A stretch of 64,000 nt of DNA, from assembly GCA_028282585.1 (NCBI GenBank), contig JANQHR010000021.1, positions 19,905-83,904 on the forward strand, read 5' to 3'. Below the pieces are notes generated by a model. The model was given only the letters and a program-made list of their open reading frames with translations. It was not told where the DNA came from and ran no database searches. Position 1 is the first letter of the stretch, and every line of letters starts with the position of its first letter. Source of the stretch: Bacteroidales bacterium (GTDB taxonomy: Bacteria > Bacteroidota > Bacteroidia > Bacteroidales > UBA12077). The translations under genes were made by a program, and so were the position numbers. Positions 10,055-19,476 of the stretch are shown in pieces.

Positions 10055-10986
10055 TTAAGAATTAATTTATAAACTTTATAGATTTCCCTTGCAATTGTTT
10101 CAGAATCAATTCCAAGTTGAATTATTCTTTTTTGGCCTTTTGTTTTTCCATATTCTTTTGAGAATTCAACAGCTTTTTTTAAGTTTGTCATAAAATCCGC
10201 CGTTTCAAAAGATGCTAGGAAATGCCCAGGTGCATTTCCAAATAGCCACTCGACATCACCTACTTTTGTGGAAAGAATTGGACGATTGCAGGCCATAGCT
10301 TCTTTTATAACATTTGGGCTTCCTTCCCATAAACTTGAAAGTATAATAACATCTGCCGCGTTATAATACATGGGTACGTTGGTATTTCCAATATTTTGCA
10401 AGCTGTGTAATTCAGAATTTTCCAGTTTTATTGCTTCAAAAACATTTAATGCCAATTTATAATTCTTTTCGAACCTTTCTGGATTAGCAGCAAATAAGAA
10501 ATGAAATTTATCTATATTCCATCCTACTGCTTTTTGTGCAGTTTCTTTAGAAACAGGCCTAAAAAGATTAATATTAACTCCATTTGGAATAACATGTAAA
10601 GATCTTAATCCTAGAGTTTTTTGCATATCTTTTGACTTCACTATGCATGCATCCCAGAAAAAAAAGTAGAAGAAATATAATATAATCTTGTACCATTTTT
10701 TTGCCTTCACATCACTTCCCATTAAAGAAACGACAATAGGTGATGATTTTGCGAAAGCAGCTACAATACCTGAAAGAGAATAATGCGCATGGACAATATC
10801 ATAATTTTCTTTAGCCATATGTGTTTTTAATTTTTTAATTGCTTTAAAATAACCATAGAATCCTTTTTCTGTAATTGTGAAATGATTAATTTCTATATTA
10901 ATATTTTTCAAAGACTTTCCTTGATTTTCAATCACTGGAGAAATGCCAGAAAAATTGTTACCTGAACTGATAAAAAGAACTTTCAT
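10051..10986 (-). CDS. GT4 glycosyltransferase
   Basis: DIVHAHY, IPNGV, SLWEGSPNVIKEAMAC (EX7E). Confidence 0.93.
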   Translation of the reverse strand: MKVLFISSGNNFSGISPVIENQGKSLKNINIEINHFTITEKGFYGYFKAIKKLKTHMAKENYDIVHAHYSLSGIVAAFAKSSPIVVSLMGSDVKAKKWYKIILYFFYFFFWDACIVKSKDMQKTLGLRSLHVIPNGVNINLFRPVSKETAQKAVGWNIDKFHFLFAANPERFEKNYKLALNVFEAIKLENSELHSLQNIGNTNVPMYYNAADVIILSSLWEGSPNVIKEAMACNRPILSTKVGDVEWLFGNAPGHFLASFETADFMTNLKKAVEFSKEYGKTKGQKRIIQLGIDSETIAREIYKVYKLILK

Positions 10987-12041
10987 TTGAAGTTATCAAG
11001 TATTGTTTCTAACCGTATATTGTAGGATTGATTTTTATTAAAATCACCTTCTTCAAAAATCCAATTACCATTTAAATAAACATATCTGCCAGGTTTCCCA
11101 TTTACGAGCATTTGGTAGGGATCGGATTGTCCAAATATACATTGGATTTCGTTGACTAAATATTCGCCACTTTGTATTTCAAATAGATCAATAGCAACCG
11201 ACTGAAAATCAAATTGATTAGATAATTCTTTTACGAAATCAAGTAATTGAAGGGGTGGATTATTATAATTTTTTAATAAAGACCCACTGGACTTTTCATT
11301 TTCCTTCATTTTTTTGTGGGCAAAATATGAATTTCCAATTTTAACTGCCCGCCACTCAAAATCATGTGGGATAAATTCCTGTAAAATTACAAGGCCAACC
11401 TGCTTGTCTGAGGCAATTTCCCTATATGTTCTTAGCCTATTTACCAATTCTTTTGGATGGAACAATTTTTGAATAATTCTTTGAATGATTTTGCCTTTTT
11501 TCAATTTAGGGCCTGTTTTTGAAGCAATACCTTTACTAAATGCTTGATGAATATAATTGCTTAAGGATTCTTTTGATTTAATAATTTCAACTCCTTTTCC
11601 CGATGCACCAATATTTATTTTACCAACAATAGGTAAACTTGCTTTTTTAGCTTTATGTAAAGCTTCTTTTTTGTTATAATAAACCCATGTTCTGGGATGA
11701 GGAATTTCATTTGCTCTTGCCCAATAAGCAAAAAATCTTTTATTTTCATATATACGAACTTCATTATATGAAGGAAATGTTTTGTAATGTAAGTCGTTTA
11801 CCAAAATATCCAATCTTTCCTGATAAAGCGAACGGAATGCACTCGTTTTTCCAGATGGTTTTAATAATAAAATATCTGGTTTAAAACTAATAATCTCATA
11901 AAGCCAGTTTTCTTTTGTTAAGTCTATTACTATATAATTAAAAAATTTTTTAAAATCAGTGCAGGCTATTACCCAAGGTTCATGATCGAAAGGATCTTCA
12001 TTTTTTAGAATTGCAGCACTAATTTTTTTTATATCGTTCAT
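10983..12041 (-). CDS. ATP-grasp (RimK-like) ligase
   Basis: IPHPRT, PIVGKINIGASGKGV, ILQEFIP, AIDLF...YLVNEI. Confidence 0.8.
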   Translation of the reverse strand: MNDIKKISAAILKNEDPFDHEPWVIACTDFKKFFNYIVIDLTKENWLYEIISFKPDILLLKPSGKTSAFRSLYQERLDILVNDLHYKTFPSYNEVRIYENKRFFAYWARANEIPHPRTWVYYNKKEALHKAKKASLPIVGKINIGASGKGVEIIKSKESLSNYIHQAFSKGIASKTGPKLKKGKIIQRIIQKLFHPKELVNRLRTYREIASDKQVGLVILQEFIPHDFEWRAVKIGNSYFAHKKMKENEKSSGSLLKNYNNPPLQLLDFVKELSNQFDFQSVAIDLFEIQSGEYLVNEIQCIFGQSDPYQMLVNGKPGRYVYLNGNWIFEEGDFNKNQSYNIRLETILDNFK

Positions 12042-13737
12042 ATATTAAATTCAAATTAATTGGATTAGTTAATGGGTGCCAGCTTTTTTCAGTTTTTTTG
12101 TTTTTGGCTTGAATTAATAAATTTGCTAAATGGTTATAATTATGAAGAGCCTTCATTTTAGGTAAAAATCTTTCCAATTCATCTACACAAAAGTGATAAA
12201 GCCATTCTCCCATAGGAAAATTAGGAGGATAAGTGTCTCTATCGTTAGTAATTAAATAGGATAATCGTTTTATTAAATATTTCATCTTATTATTTACGAT
12301 ATCATTTGCGGTATAACTACCCTTTTTAGCGTATGGAATATCTGACAATTCAGATGCTAAATAATGCGTAATTGATATAAAAAACTCTGAATGAAAAAAA
12401 CGATTAAAAAAATTCGACTTTTTATTACCATACCAATTACTGTGATTTATCATTATTTCAATGAAATCAATATCCATAAATGGATTAACTACATATTTAA
12501 TATTTTTAGCAAAAACGTTAGAGTCTTGGGAGTGATGGGAGCATCCATAAAACAAAAAAGTGTATACAAATTTCATTTCTTTTGGTTTTAAACTTTTACC
12601 ATTATCAAGAAAAACTTTAATTATTTCATAAACTTTTTCCAGATTAATAGTGTCTATATTTACTCCCTTCTGGATCAACTCCTTTGATAAAATATGGATA
12701 CACTCAACTTTTGGATTTTTTAGAATTACTTCAAATATTTTCGGAATGGATACATCATCAAAATAAGTTTCTTTGAAGTATTCACCACCAACTAGCCCGG
12801 TAATAATCATTTCAATGTTAGGCTCTTGCTCTAATTCGCTTTTTATAGCATCATTACGATGAGAACGGTGGATATTTATCAAACCATGCCCATACTCAAT
12901 TATATCTTGTGCATGATTTTCAAACCAATACCTAGTTGGATTTTCAACGTGATGAAAATGATGTTTTAATTTTATTCTATCTTTAATAATTGATGAAATG
13001 ACACCATCGTATGATTTTGGGTTTCCAAAAGTAAAGGAATGAAACTTACGCTTTAACGATAATAAAGCGCTAAGGACCAGTCTACTATCATTGCCGCCGG
13101 TTAATGTAAGAGAAATATTCTTAGGTTCTAAAAAATCGATATATGAGTTAATGATTTGTTTCCATTTGTTAGCGTAGAATTGCGTGGTTTGTTTTAAGAT
13201 TCTCCTATTTTTTATTTCGCGAGGAGACCAATAATATTTTATTTCAAACTGACCATTGCTTAATTTTACATATTGAGCAGATTTATTTGTTTCAAGATTT
13301 TTAAATAAAGTATTGCCATTAAAAAAATGGGATGTTAAAGAAAAAACAGCGACCTGTTCATTATCAATTTCAAGGTTATATTTTTTAGAGATAATGGATA
13401 AGGAATTACTGATGAAAAAATGTTTTCTGTCTCTGTAAATAAAATATTTTCTAATTCCATGACGATCAGAAAATAACTTAAATCCTGTGTCATAAAAAAG
13501 AATAACTACAAAGCTTCCCTTTATATAATTAACAAAATTTTCCTGATATTGATTATATAATTTATGAATTAAATTTTCTTGGCTATAATGCTTAAACTGA
13601 TTATAATACTCTAATCTTGGAACTATGTATCCATCAATAAAAACAGTTGATTTTATATTCGAAGAATACTTCTTAGCGTATGAACCAATTTTATTTTCGC
13701 AACTAGTAATGTACCAATCCATAAAATTAAAAAGCAA
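12019..13737 (-). CDS. Asparagine-synthetase-like protein lacking the N-terminal catalytic Cys (likely start ATG 13722)
   Basis: Remnant Ntn domain (IKGSF...SDRHGIRKYF), PP-loop LTGGNDSR, NPFMD. Confidence 0.72.
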   Translation of the reverse strand: MLFNFMDWYITSCENKIGSYAKKYSSNIKSTVFIDGYIVPRLEYYNQFKHYSQENLIHKLYNQYQENFVNYIKGSFVVILFYDTGFKLFSDRHGIRKYFIYRDRKHFFISNSLSIISKKYNLEIDNEQVAVFSLTSHFFNGNTLFKNLETNKSAQYVKLSNGQFEIKYYWSPREIKNRRILKQTTQFYANKWKQIINSYIDFLEPKNISLTLTGGNDSRLVLSALLSLKRKFHSFTFGNPKSYDGVISSIIKDRIKLKHHFHHVENPTRYWFENHAQDIIEYGHGLINIHRSHRNDAIKSELEQEPNIEMIITGLVGGEYFKETYFDDVSIPKIFEVILKNPKVECIHILSKELIQKGVNIDTINLEKVYEIIKVFLDNGKSLKPKEMKFVYTFLFYGCSHHSQDSNVFAKNIKYVVNPFMDIDFIEIMINHSNWYGNKKSNFFNRFFHSEFFISITHYLASELSDIPYAKKGSYTANDIVNNKMKYLIKRLSYLITNDRDTYPPNFPMGEWLYHFCVDELERFLPKMKALHNYNHLANLLIQAKNKKTEKSWHPLTNPINLNLIYERYKKN

Positions 13738-13742
13738 TGGAA

Positions 13743-14978
13743 TTAATTTTGGAATTTTTCAAAGACTATTTGACGTTTTATTCTAATTATAGCTCCGAAT
13801 AAAAGAAATAGAAATGACCTGAAACCTATAGAATATATTGATCCAGAGATAGATATTATTAATGATGCAATTAAAACTGACCAAAATGTCGAATTAAGAA
13901 GCCTCATTGCTTTATTCCTGAAATAAAAATCATATTTTATTACTTTTAAGGTTATTGTTAGAAAAAGAATAAAATACAATATACTTCCAACTAAACCTGA
14001 TCCATTCAAAATTATACTATAATCCATATGTAGCATTCGCTTGGTATTAAAAAATGCCCTATCATTAAACATTTCACTTCCAAACAGTATATGTCTGGTT
14101 GATCCATTTAAAAATGCATTTTTAACGGATAAAAACTCCCAGTATCTTCCTTCCTTTTCAAGATCTTCTTCCTCATCAATACGAATAAATTCTTCTCTTG
14201 CACGAAATCTATCAGTTAAAACATTTCTATAAATAGGAAGCAACAAGATAAGAAATAATGTTCCATAGATTAGAAACTTTGAGTATTTTAATTTATATGG
14301 AGTAAGAATGTAGTAGATAAACAATCCAATAAATAAAGCACCAATGGCGGTTCTTTTCAAACCTATAAGGATGACTAAAACTCCAATAAAAAATAAATAA
14401 TAGTAAAATCTGTGAATCCTTGTTTTCGAAAAATGCAATAAAATTGGAAATACAAGTATAATCTGTACAATGTATTTTGTTATATTTACTTTTGCCGACC
14501 CAAAATAGAAAGAATCTTCTAAATATGTAGATCCCCCCAGCTTAAATATATTTGCAATAAGAATATTAACAAAAATTAATACTAATGTAAAGTAATAAAC
14601 TTTAGTAAGATGGACTAATTTTTCAATTTGATTAATAAAAATATAACCAATCGGGAACATTAGTAATGATATCAAATATTTTAAATACAGATTTAAAGAA
14701 CTAATAAAATCGGTAGAAAATAATAAGATAATAAGCAATATATAGATTGAATAGAACAGTATATAAACTGAAATACGCTCTCTGGTATAATAATGAGTTA
14801 TAACGTATAATTGAAAACCAAGTAAAAACAATGCTCTTAACCCTCCAGGACTTAATATTCCTGGAGAAAAATAATTTGTGGTCAGATCAACTATTATGTT
14901 GATAATAGGAATTGCAAAAACAATATTATTTAGTCTTTTAGTCACTTGATTGATATATTTTATTGTATAGCGTATCAA
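13743..14978 (-). CDS. wzy: Wzy polymerase / O-antigen-ligase-like membrane protein
   Basis: About 10 TM segments, KRTA motif, GR..E / LFG / HMDY Wzy_C-like loop. Confidence 0.75.
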   Translation of the reverse strand: MIRYTIKYINQVTKRLNNIVFAIPIINIIVDLTTNYFSPGILSPGGLRALFLLGFQLYVITHYYTRERISVYILFYSIYILLIILLFSTDFISSLNLYLKYLISLLMFPIGYIFINQIEKLVHLTKVYYFTLVLIFVNILIANIFKLGGSTYLEDSFYFGSAKVNITKYIVQIILVFPILLHFSKTRIHRFYYYLFFIGVLVILIGLKRTAIGALFIGLFIYYILTPYKLKYSKFLIYGTLFLILLLPIYRNVLTDRFRAREEFIRIDEEEDLEKEGRYWEFLSVKNAFLNGSTRHILFGSEMFNDRAFFNTKRMLHMDYSIILNGSGLVGSILYFILFLTITLKVIKYDFYFRNKAMRLLNSTFWSVLIASLIISISGSIYSIGFRSFLFLLFGAIIRIKRQIVFEKFQN

Positions 14979-16152
14979 TTTTTATATCAGAATATTGTTC
15001 CTCAATCGTAATTCTGCTCTGCGATGAAATCAAATCCTTTTTTTTATTATCATGTTCTATTTCATCAATAATTTTGACATATTCTTGAACATTATTATTC
15101 TTTATCAGAAAACCATTTACTTTATGGTTAATTATTTTATTTGTAACATCATCAATTAAATTCACTAAGCAAATTAAAGAACATGACATTGCTTCTAATA
15201 ATGCATTTGGCATTCCTTCTCTTCGAGAAGGGAATATAAAATAGTCAGCGATTTGCATATATTCGTATATAGCATCAGAATAATCAATTATTTTTATAGA
15301 CCTTTTATTAAAATTTCTTTCAAACTTTTTATGAAAGTGCTTTCCCTCTTCGGTATTAGTATTTCCGATTATTATGAATTGGGCTTTATCAAAGTCTTTA
15401 GCCAATAAAGAGTATACATCAAAAAGAACATCTGCTCCTTTTCTTTTTCTTAAAGCTCCAACAAATAAAAAGATTGGTTTCTTATTAAAAGAAATCCCCA
15501 ATTTTTCCTTCAAATTTTTTTTGTCAAATTCATTTAGCATTTTGAATTTTTGTGTGTTGATTGAAGATGGTATTATTAAAACCTTTTCATTATTTAATCC
15601 AGCTAAATCAAAACTATTATACAATTGTTGGGAGTTTACTAAAATTTGATCGGCATTTTTTATTTGCCAAAGCCAGATTTTCCTCTTAAAAGTATTGTAT
15701 ACTTTTTTTTTTCTTATCGTGTATGGATCATCATGCCCATTTAAAGTTAAACTAAGAATTATTTTCTTATTGAGGATTTTACTATATAACATAGTATAAA
15801 AAGTAGTCCAATTTATTGAAAACAAATGAATAATATCAAATTTGTTTTTCTTAAAAAGCAATATAAAAAAAATAGTTATTATTAAGTGGATATTCTCTAA
15901 AATAAATGATATTACACTAATCAAAGATTTTGTATGCTTATCTTTTTTTATAGCTTCTTCTTTAATTGGGGCTATCGGGATGATTTTACTCCCTAATACT
16001 GATTTTTTTGTATCCAACTTGGTTCTTGTCAAAAGAAAGGCAAGCCTATCATTTTTATTAAGCCTTAACGCAAGATTGTAAGCTCTTCTTCCGGCTCCAC
16101 TGGGATAAGGTGGGATAGCAATACTCAAAATGCAAACTCTTCCATGTGCCAT
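14938..16152 (-). CDS. GT4 glycosyltransferase
   Basis: FVGALRKRKG, PSRREGMPNALLEAMS. Confidence 0.92.
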   Translation of the reverse strand: MAHGRVCILSIAIPPYPSGAGRRAYNLALRLNKNDRLAFLLTRTKLDTKKSVLGSKIIPIAPIKEEAIKKDKHTKSLISVISFILENIHLIITIFFILLFKKNKFDIIHLFSINWTTFYTMLYSKILNKKIILSLTLNGHDDPYTIRKKKVYNTFKRKIWLWQIKNADQILVNSQQLYNSFDLAGLNNEKVLIIPSSINTQKFKMLNEFDKKNLKEKLGISFNKKPIFLFVGALRKRKGADVLFDVYSLLAKDFDKAQFIIIGNTNTEEGKHFHKKFERNFNKRSIKIIDYSDAIYEYMQIADYFIFPSRREGMPNALLEAMSCSLICLVNLIDDVTNKIINHKVNGFLIKNNNVQEYVKIIDEIEHDNKKKDLISSQSRITIEEQYSDIKIDTLYNKIYQSSD

Positions 16153-16154
16153 AG

Positions 16155-17618
16155 TTATTCTTTAAGCTTAACTTTATTTAATTTACTAATCCCTTTTTTT
16201 ATTTGTAATAATGTAGGAATCGAAAATAGTATATATACTAAAAGACTAATTATTGAATAACCAATAATTTGTGATTTCGAAGGATTATTCACAATGTACT
16301 TTGAAAAAAACAAAAAGTAATAAAATTGAAGTAACAATAAATGATAAATTGGGAACAGATTTAGCCTTAAAGTAATTTTTGATTTTTCCTTTATGTTAAA
16401 AATCTTAAGATTATAAACCGTATTTGTCAAATACAACAAGAAGAAAGAAATAAGAGTGCTATATGCGATTCCATTAATTCCATAATACTCAGAAAGAAAA
16501 AAATTCAATAAAATATTAAAAACTAAAAAGAAAACCATTATTTTCAAAAGCAGATGATGCTTATTTATAGTATTTAATGTATTAATTACTCCAAAAATTT
16601 GACTTGCAATAATTATAAAGGAAATTTGAATTGAATCCATATACTCCGGAAGGAAAATAACAATTACAACCGAAAAAGGTATTAAAATTAATCCAGAAAA
16701 GAAACTTGTTGCATCACTTGCAAATCTTGAAGCGTCATAGGTTATCTCAAATAATTTCGAATAATCTGATCTGTCTCTTCCAAAAATAAAATGTTGCCTT
16801 TGAAATAATACTCCTTCAATAGTTTTTCTTATACCTACAAAAACGGTAACAAGAGTAAAAGCAAAAGCATAATAACCAACGTCTTCTAAATGCAACTTTA
16901 TACTGGCAATAATTCTATCGGTATTAAAAAAGCTAGTGTATATAAAACCTTGAATTGCTAAAGGAATACCAAGTTTAATAATGCTAATTAATAGAGGTTT
17001 ATTGAAAGAAAACTTAAATTTGAATTTTGATAAAATAACAGTTATTAAACTAATTAATATGGCTACCGCTAATGCTGCAAAAATTCTACCATTTAATTTA
17101 AAAAGATAAACCAATGGTATGATAATAATAAATGAAATGATAGATTTAATTATTGTTATTCTCGCATTTAATTTATGTTTTTCATATGCATTATTAATTC
17201 TAATCAAATAGATCTGATATGCTTGAAAAAATCCTATAAGCCCGGCAATCGGAACAAGGAATGAATATGGTTTGTTTAAAAATAGGCTTGTAATTAAGAT
17301 TAGAATTAGTATTGCCAGTGGTAAAAAAAATTGTATTAAATGAACGTTTTCTATTATCTTTTTGGACCTGTAATAATCTTTTGCTCCTAATGAATTTCCT
17401 AATTCTTTTGTTAAAGCTAGTGATGAACCTAAACTTGTATATGGAAAATAGCTAAGAACAATTTTAATTATTACCCAAATTCCCAGTAGTTCTGGCCCAA
17501 GAAGTTTTGATACAATAACGGCCGTAGCAAAACCTAGCAATTCCATTACGATATGGCTCAAATATTTATGGAATGTAGCCTGTAAAAATGAGTTGGAATT
17601 TATTGTGATGTTTTTCAA
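16155..17618 (-). CDS. wzx: Wzx flippase
   Basis: About 13 TMs, LLGPELLG, VGYYAFA, YGINGIAYSTL. Confidence 0.85.
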   Translation of the reverse strand: MKNITINSNSFLQATFHKYLSHIVMELLGFATAVIVSKLLGPELLGIWVIIKIVLSYFPYTSLGSSLALTKELGNSLGAKDYYRSKKIIENVHLIQFFLPLAILILILITSLFLNKPYSFLVPIAGLIGFFQAYQIYLIRINNAYEKHKLNARITIIKSIISFIIIIPLVYLFKLNGRIFAALAVAILISLITVILSKFKFKFSFNKPLLISIIKLGIPLAIQGFIYTSFFNTDRIIASIKLHLEDVGYYAFAFTLVTVFVGIRKTIEGVLFQRQHFIFGRDRSDYSKLFEITYDASRFASDATSFFSGLILIPFSVVIVIFLPEYMDSIQISFIIIASQIFGVINTLNTINKHHLLLKIMVFFLVFNILLNFFLSEYYGINGIAYSTLISFFLLYLTNTVYNLKIFNIKEKSKITLRLNLFPIYHLLLLQFYYFLFFSKYIVNNPSKSQIIGYSIISLLVYILFSIPTLLQIKKGISKLNKVKLKE

Positions 17619-17628
17619 TTACTTATTT

Positions 17629-19476
17629 TTAAAAGATAAAGTTTTTAAACCATAGTACCAGTTGAAACAAGTTCCAAATTTGCGAAGAATAATTCTTGTT
17701 GCTTAGAAAATGCTGGTTTTTAAGAAAATCTATTGCACCAATATTAAAAATCTCAGTTTTTGATAACATTTCATAATTTAGAACTGAATCAATTTGTTTT
17801 TTAAAATCATTCTGAAACCACGCATTTATTGGAACATTAAAACCATGTTGTTTTTTATTCAAAGTTTCGGCTGGTAGGATATCTTTAAATGCCTCTCGCA
17901 ATAATATTTTAGAAGAATTTTTGTTAACTTTATATTGATAGGGTATAGATGCGGTTAATTCTATTAACTCATGATCTAAATATGGAACTCTTGCTTCTAG
18001 GCTACTTCCCATTGTTGTTTTATCAACTTTTAAAAGAAGGTCTTCTAACATCCAAGTATTCATATCATAATAGAACCTACTATCCATTCGGTCAAAGCTT
18101 TTCGCATTATCCAGAATCAATTTCTTTTTTGATTCAATTTTTGAAAAACTCAATTTATTGTTAATATTTTCGACAAGCAGTTTCTCTTTTGTGATAGTTG
18201 AATCAAAAAAACTATAATTGAAAAGATTAATCAGGTCAAGATCGTTTTTACAACTTAATAAACGTTTAGTTTTTTTTAATTTCCTGTTTAAAGGGGGAAG
18301 TAGATTCGAAATAAAACCGTATTTACCAACATACTTAGAATATTTAAGAAATTTGATATAAGATTTATAACCCCCATTTGTTTCATCAGAACCTTCACCA
18401 GTAAGCACAACTGTAGTAAATTGCTTTGCTTTCTCTGATAATAAAAATGTTGGAATTACCGCTGGATCATGTATAGGTTCTTCTAAATGCCATAAAATAT
18501 CTTCTAACTTCTCAATATTAATTGGATCTACTTGAAAGCTATGATGATTACTATTAAAGTGTTTTGAAACAACCTCTGCATCATGATTTTCATCGATAGG
18601 CTTACCTATCCCAAAATGAACATTAAAGGTTTCAACTGGATTTGTAACAAGTTTACTTATAACACCAAGTAATATAGATGAATCCAATCCACCACTTAAA
18701 TATAATCCCAACGGAACATCACTATTAAGGTGTAAATTTATTGTTTCGGTTATTTTTTTTCTAAGAATTTTAGCACTTTCTTCAAAACTGATATTACTTT
18801 TCTTTGAAAAATCATAATCCCAGTATTTACAAATTTTAAATTTATTGTCTTTAATGAGAATAAAACTTCCAGCATTCAATTTGTAAATATTTTCAAATAC
18901 AGTTTCTGGCCCAAGTACATATCTGTTTGCGATATATTCAAATATTTCCTGAAAATTTGGCATTGCTGAAATTTCAGGATGTTTTAAAAGAGATTTTATT
19001 TCAGAAGCAAATACTAGCGAATTATTGTTTTTATAATAATAAAGAGGCTTAATGCCAACTCGGTCTCGGGCAACGATTAATTGTCTTAAGTTATTATCCC
19101 ATAATGCAAAAGCAAACATTCCCCTCAATTTCGCTATACAATCTAATCCATACTTCTCATATAAAAATAAGACAACCTCAACGTCAGACTTGGTTTTAAA
19201 AATATACCCATCTTTAATAAGTTCATCTTTTAAAAGTTTGTAGTTATAAATTTCTCCATTAAGTATGATACATTTATCTTTTTTTTCATTGTATATAGGT
19301 TGATCACCTGTATTCAAGTCAATTATGCTTAATCTTCTAAAACCAAGGCTTACATTCTCATTTTGATAGAAACCAGATGAATCAGGGCCACGATGCACTA
19401 TTTCATCTGTCATTCTTTTAACAACAGCAGGTTCTATATATCCTGAAAATTTGTATTCTCCTACAATACCGCACAT
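17629..19476 (-). CDS. asnB: Glutamine-hydrolysing asparagine synthase-family amidotransferase
   Basis: MCGI start, HRGPD, RRLSIID, NGEIYN, LSGGLDSS, LTGEGSDE, SLEARVPYLD. Confidence 0.95.
   Translation of the reverse strand: MCGIVGEYKFSGYIEPAVVKRMTDEIVHRGPDSSGFYQNENVSLGFRRLSIIDLNTGDQPIYNEKKDKCIILNGEIYNYKLLKDELIKDGYIFKTKSDVEVVLFLYEKYGLDCIAKLRGMFAFALWDNNLRQLIVARDRVGIKPLYYYKNNNSLVFASEIKSLLKHPEISAMPNFQEIFEYIANRYVLGPETVFENIYKLNAGSFILIKDNKFKICKYWDYDFSKKSNISFEESAKILRKKITETINLHLNSDVPLGLYLSGGLDSSILLGVISKLVTNPVETFNVHFGIGKPIDENHDAEVVSKHFNSNHHSFQVDPINIEKLEDILWHLEEPIHDPAVIPTFLLSEKAKQFTTVVLTGEGSDETNGGYKSYIKFLKYSKYVGKYGFISNLLPPLNRKLKKTKRLLSCKNDLDLINLFNYSFFDSTITKEKLLVENINNKLSFSKIESKKKLILDNAKSFDRMDSRFYYDMNTWMLEDLLLKVDKTTMGSSLEARVPYLDHELIELTASIPYQYKVNKNSSKILLREAFKDILPAETLNKKQHGFNVPINAWFQNDFKKQIDSVLNYEMLSKTEIFNIGAIDFLKNQHFLSNKNYSSQIWNLFQLVLWFKNFIF

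Noticed and set aside
10983-13737. Lasso peptide or graspetide RiPP cluster
   Set aside because: No precursor, RRE or leader peptidase; the genes are embedded in a polysaccharide operon.
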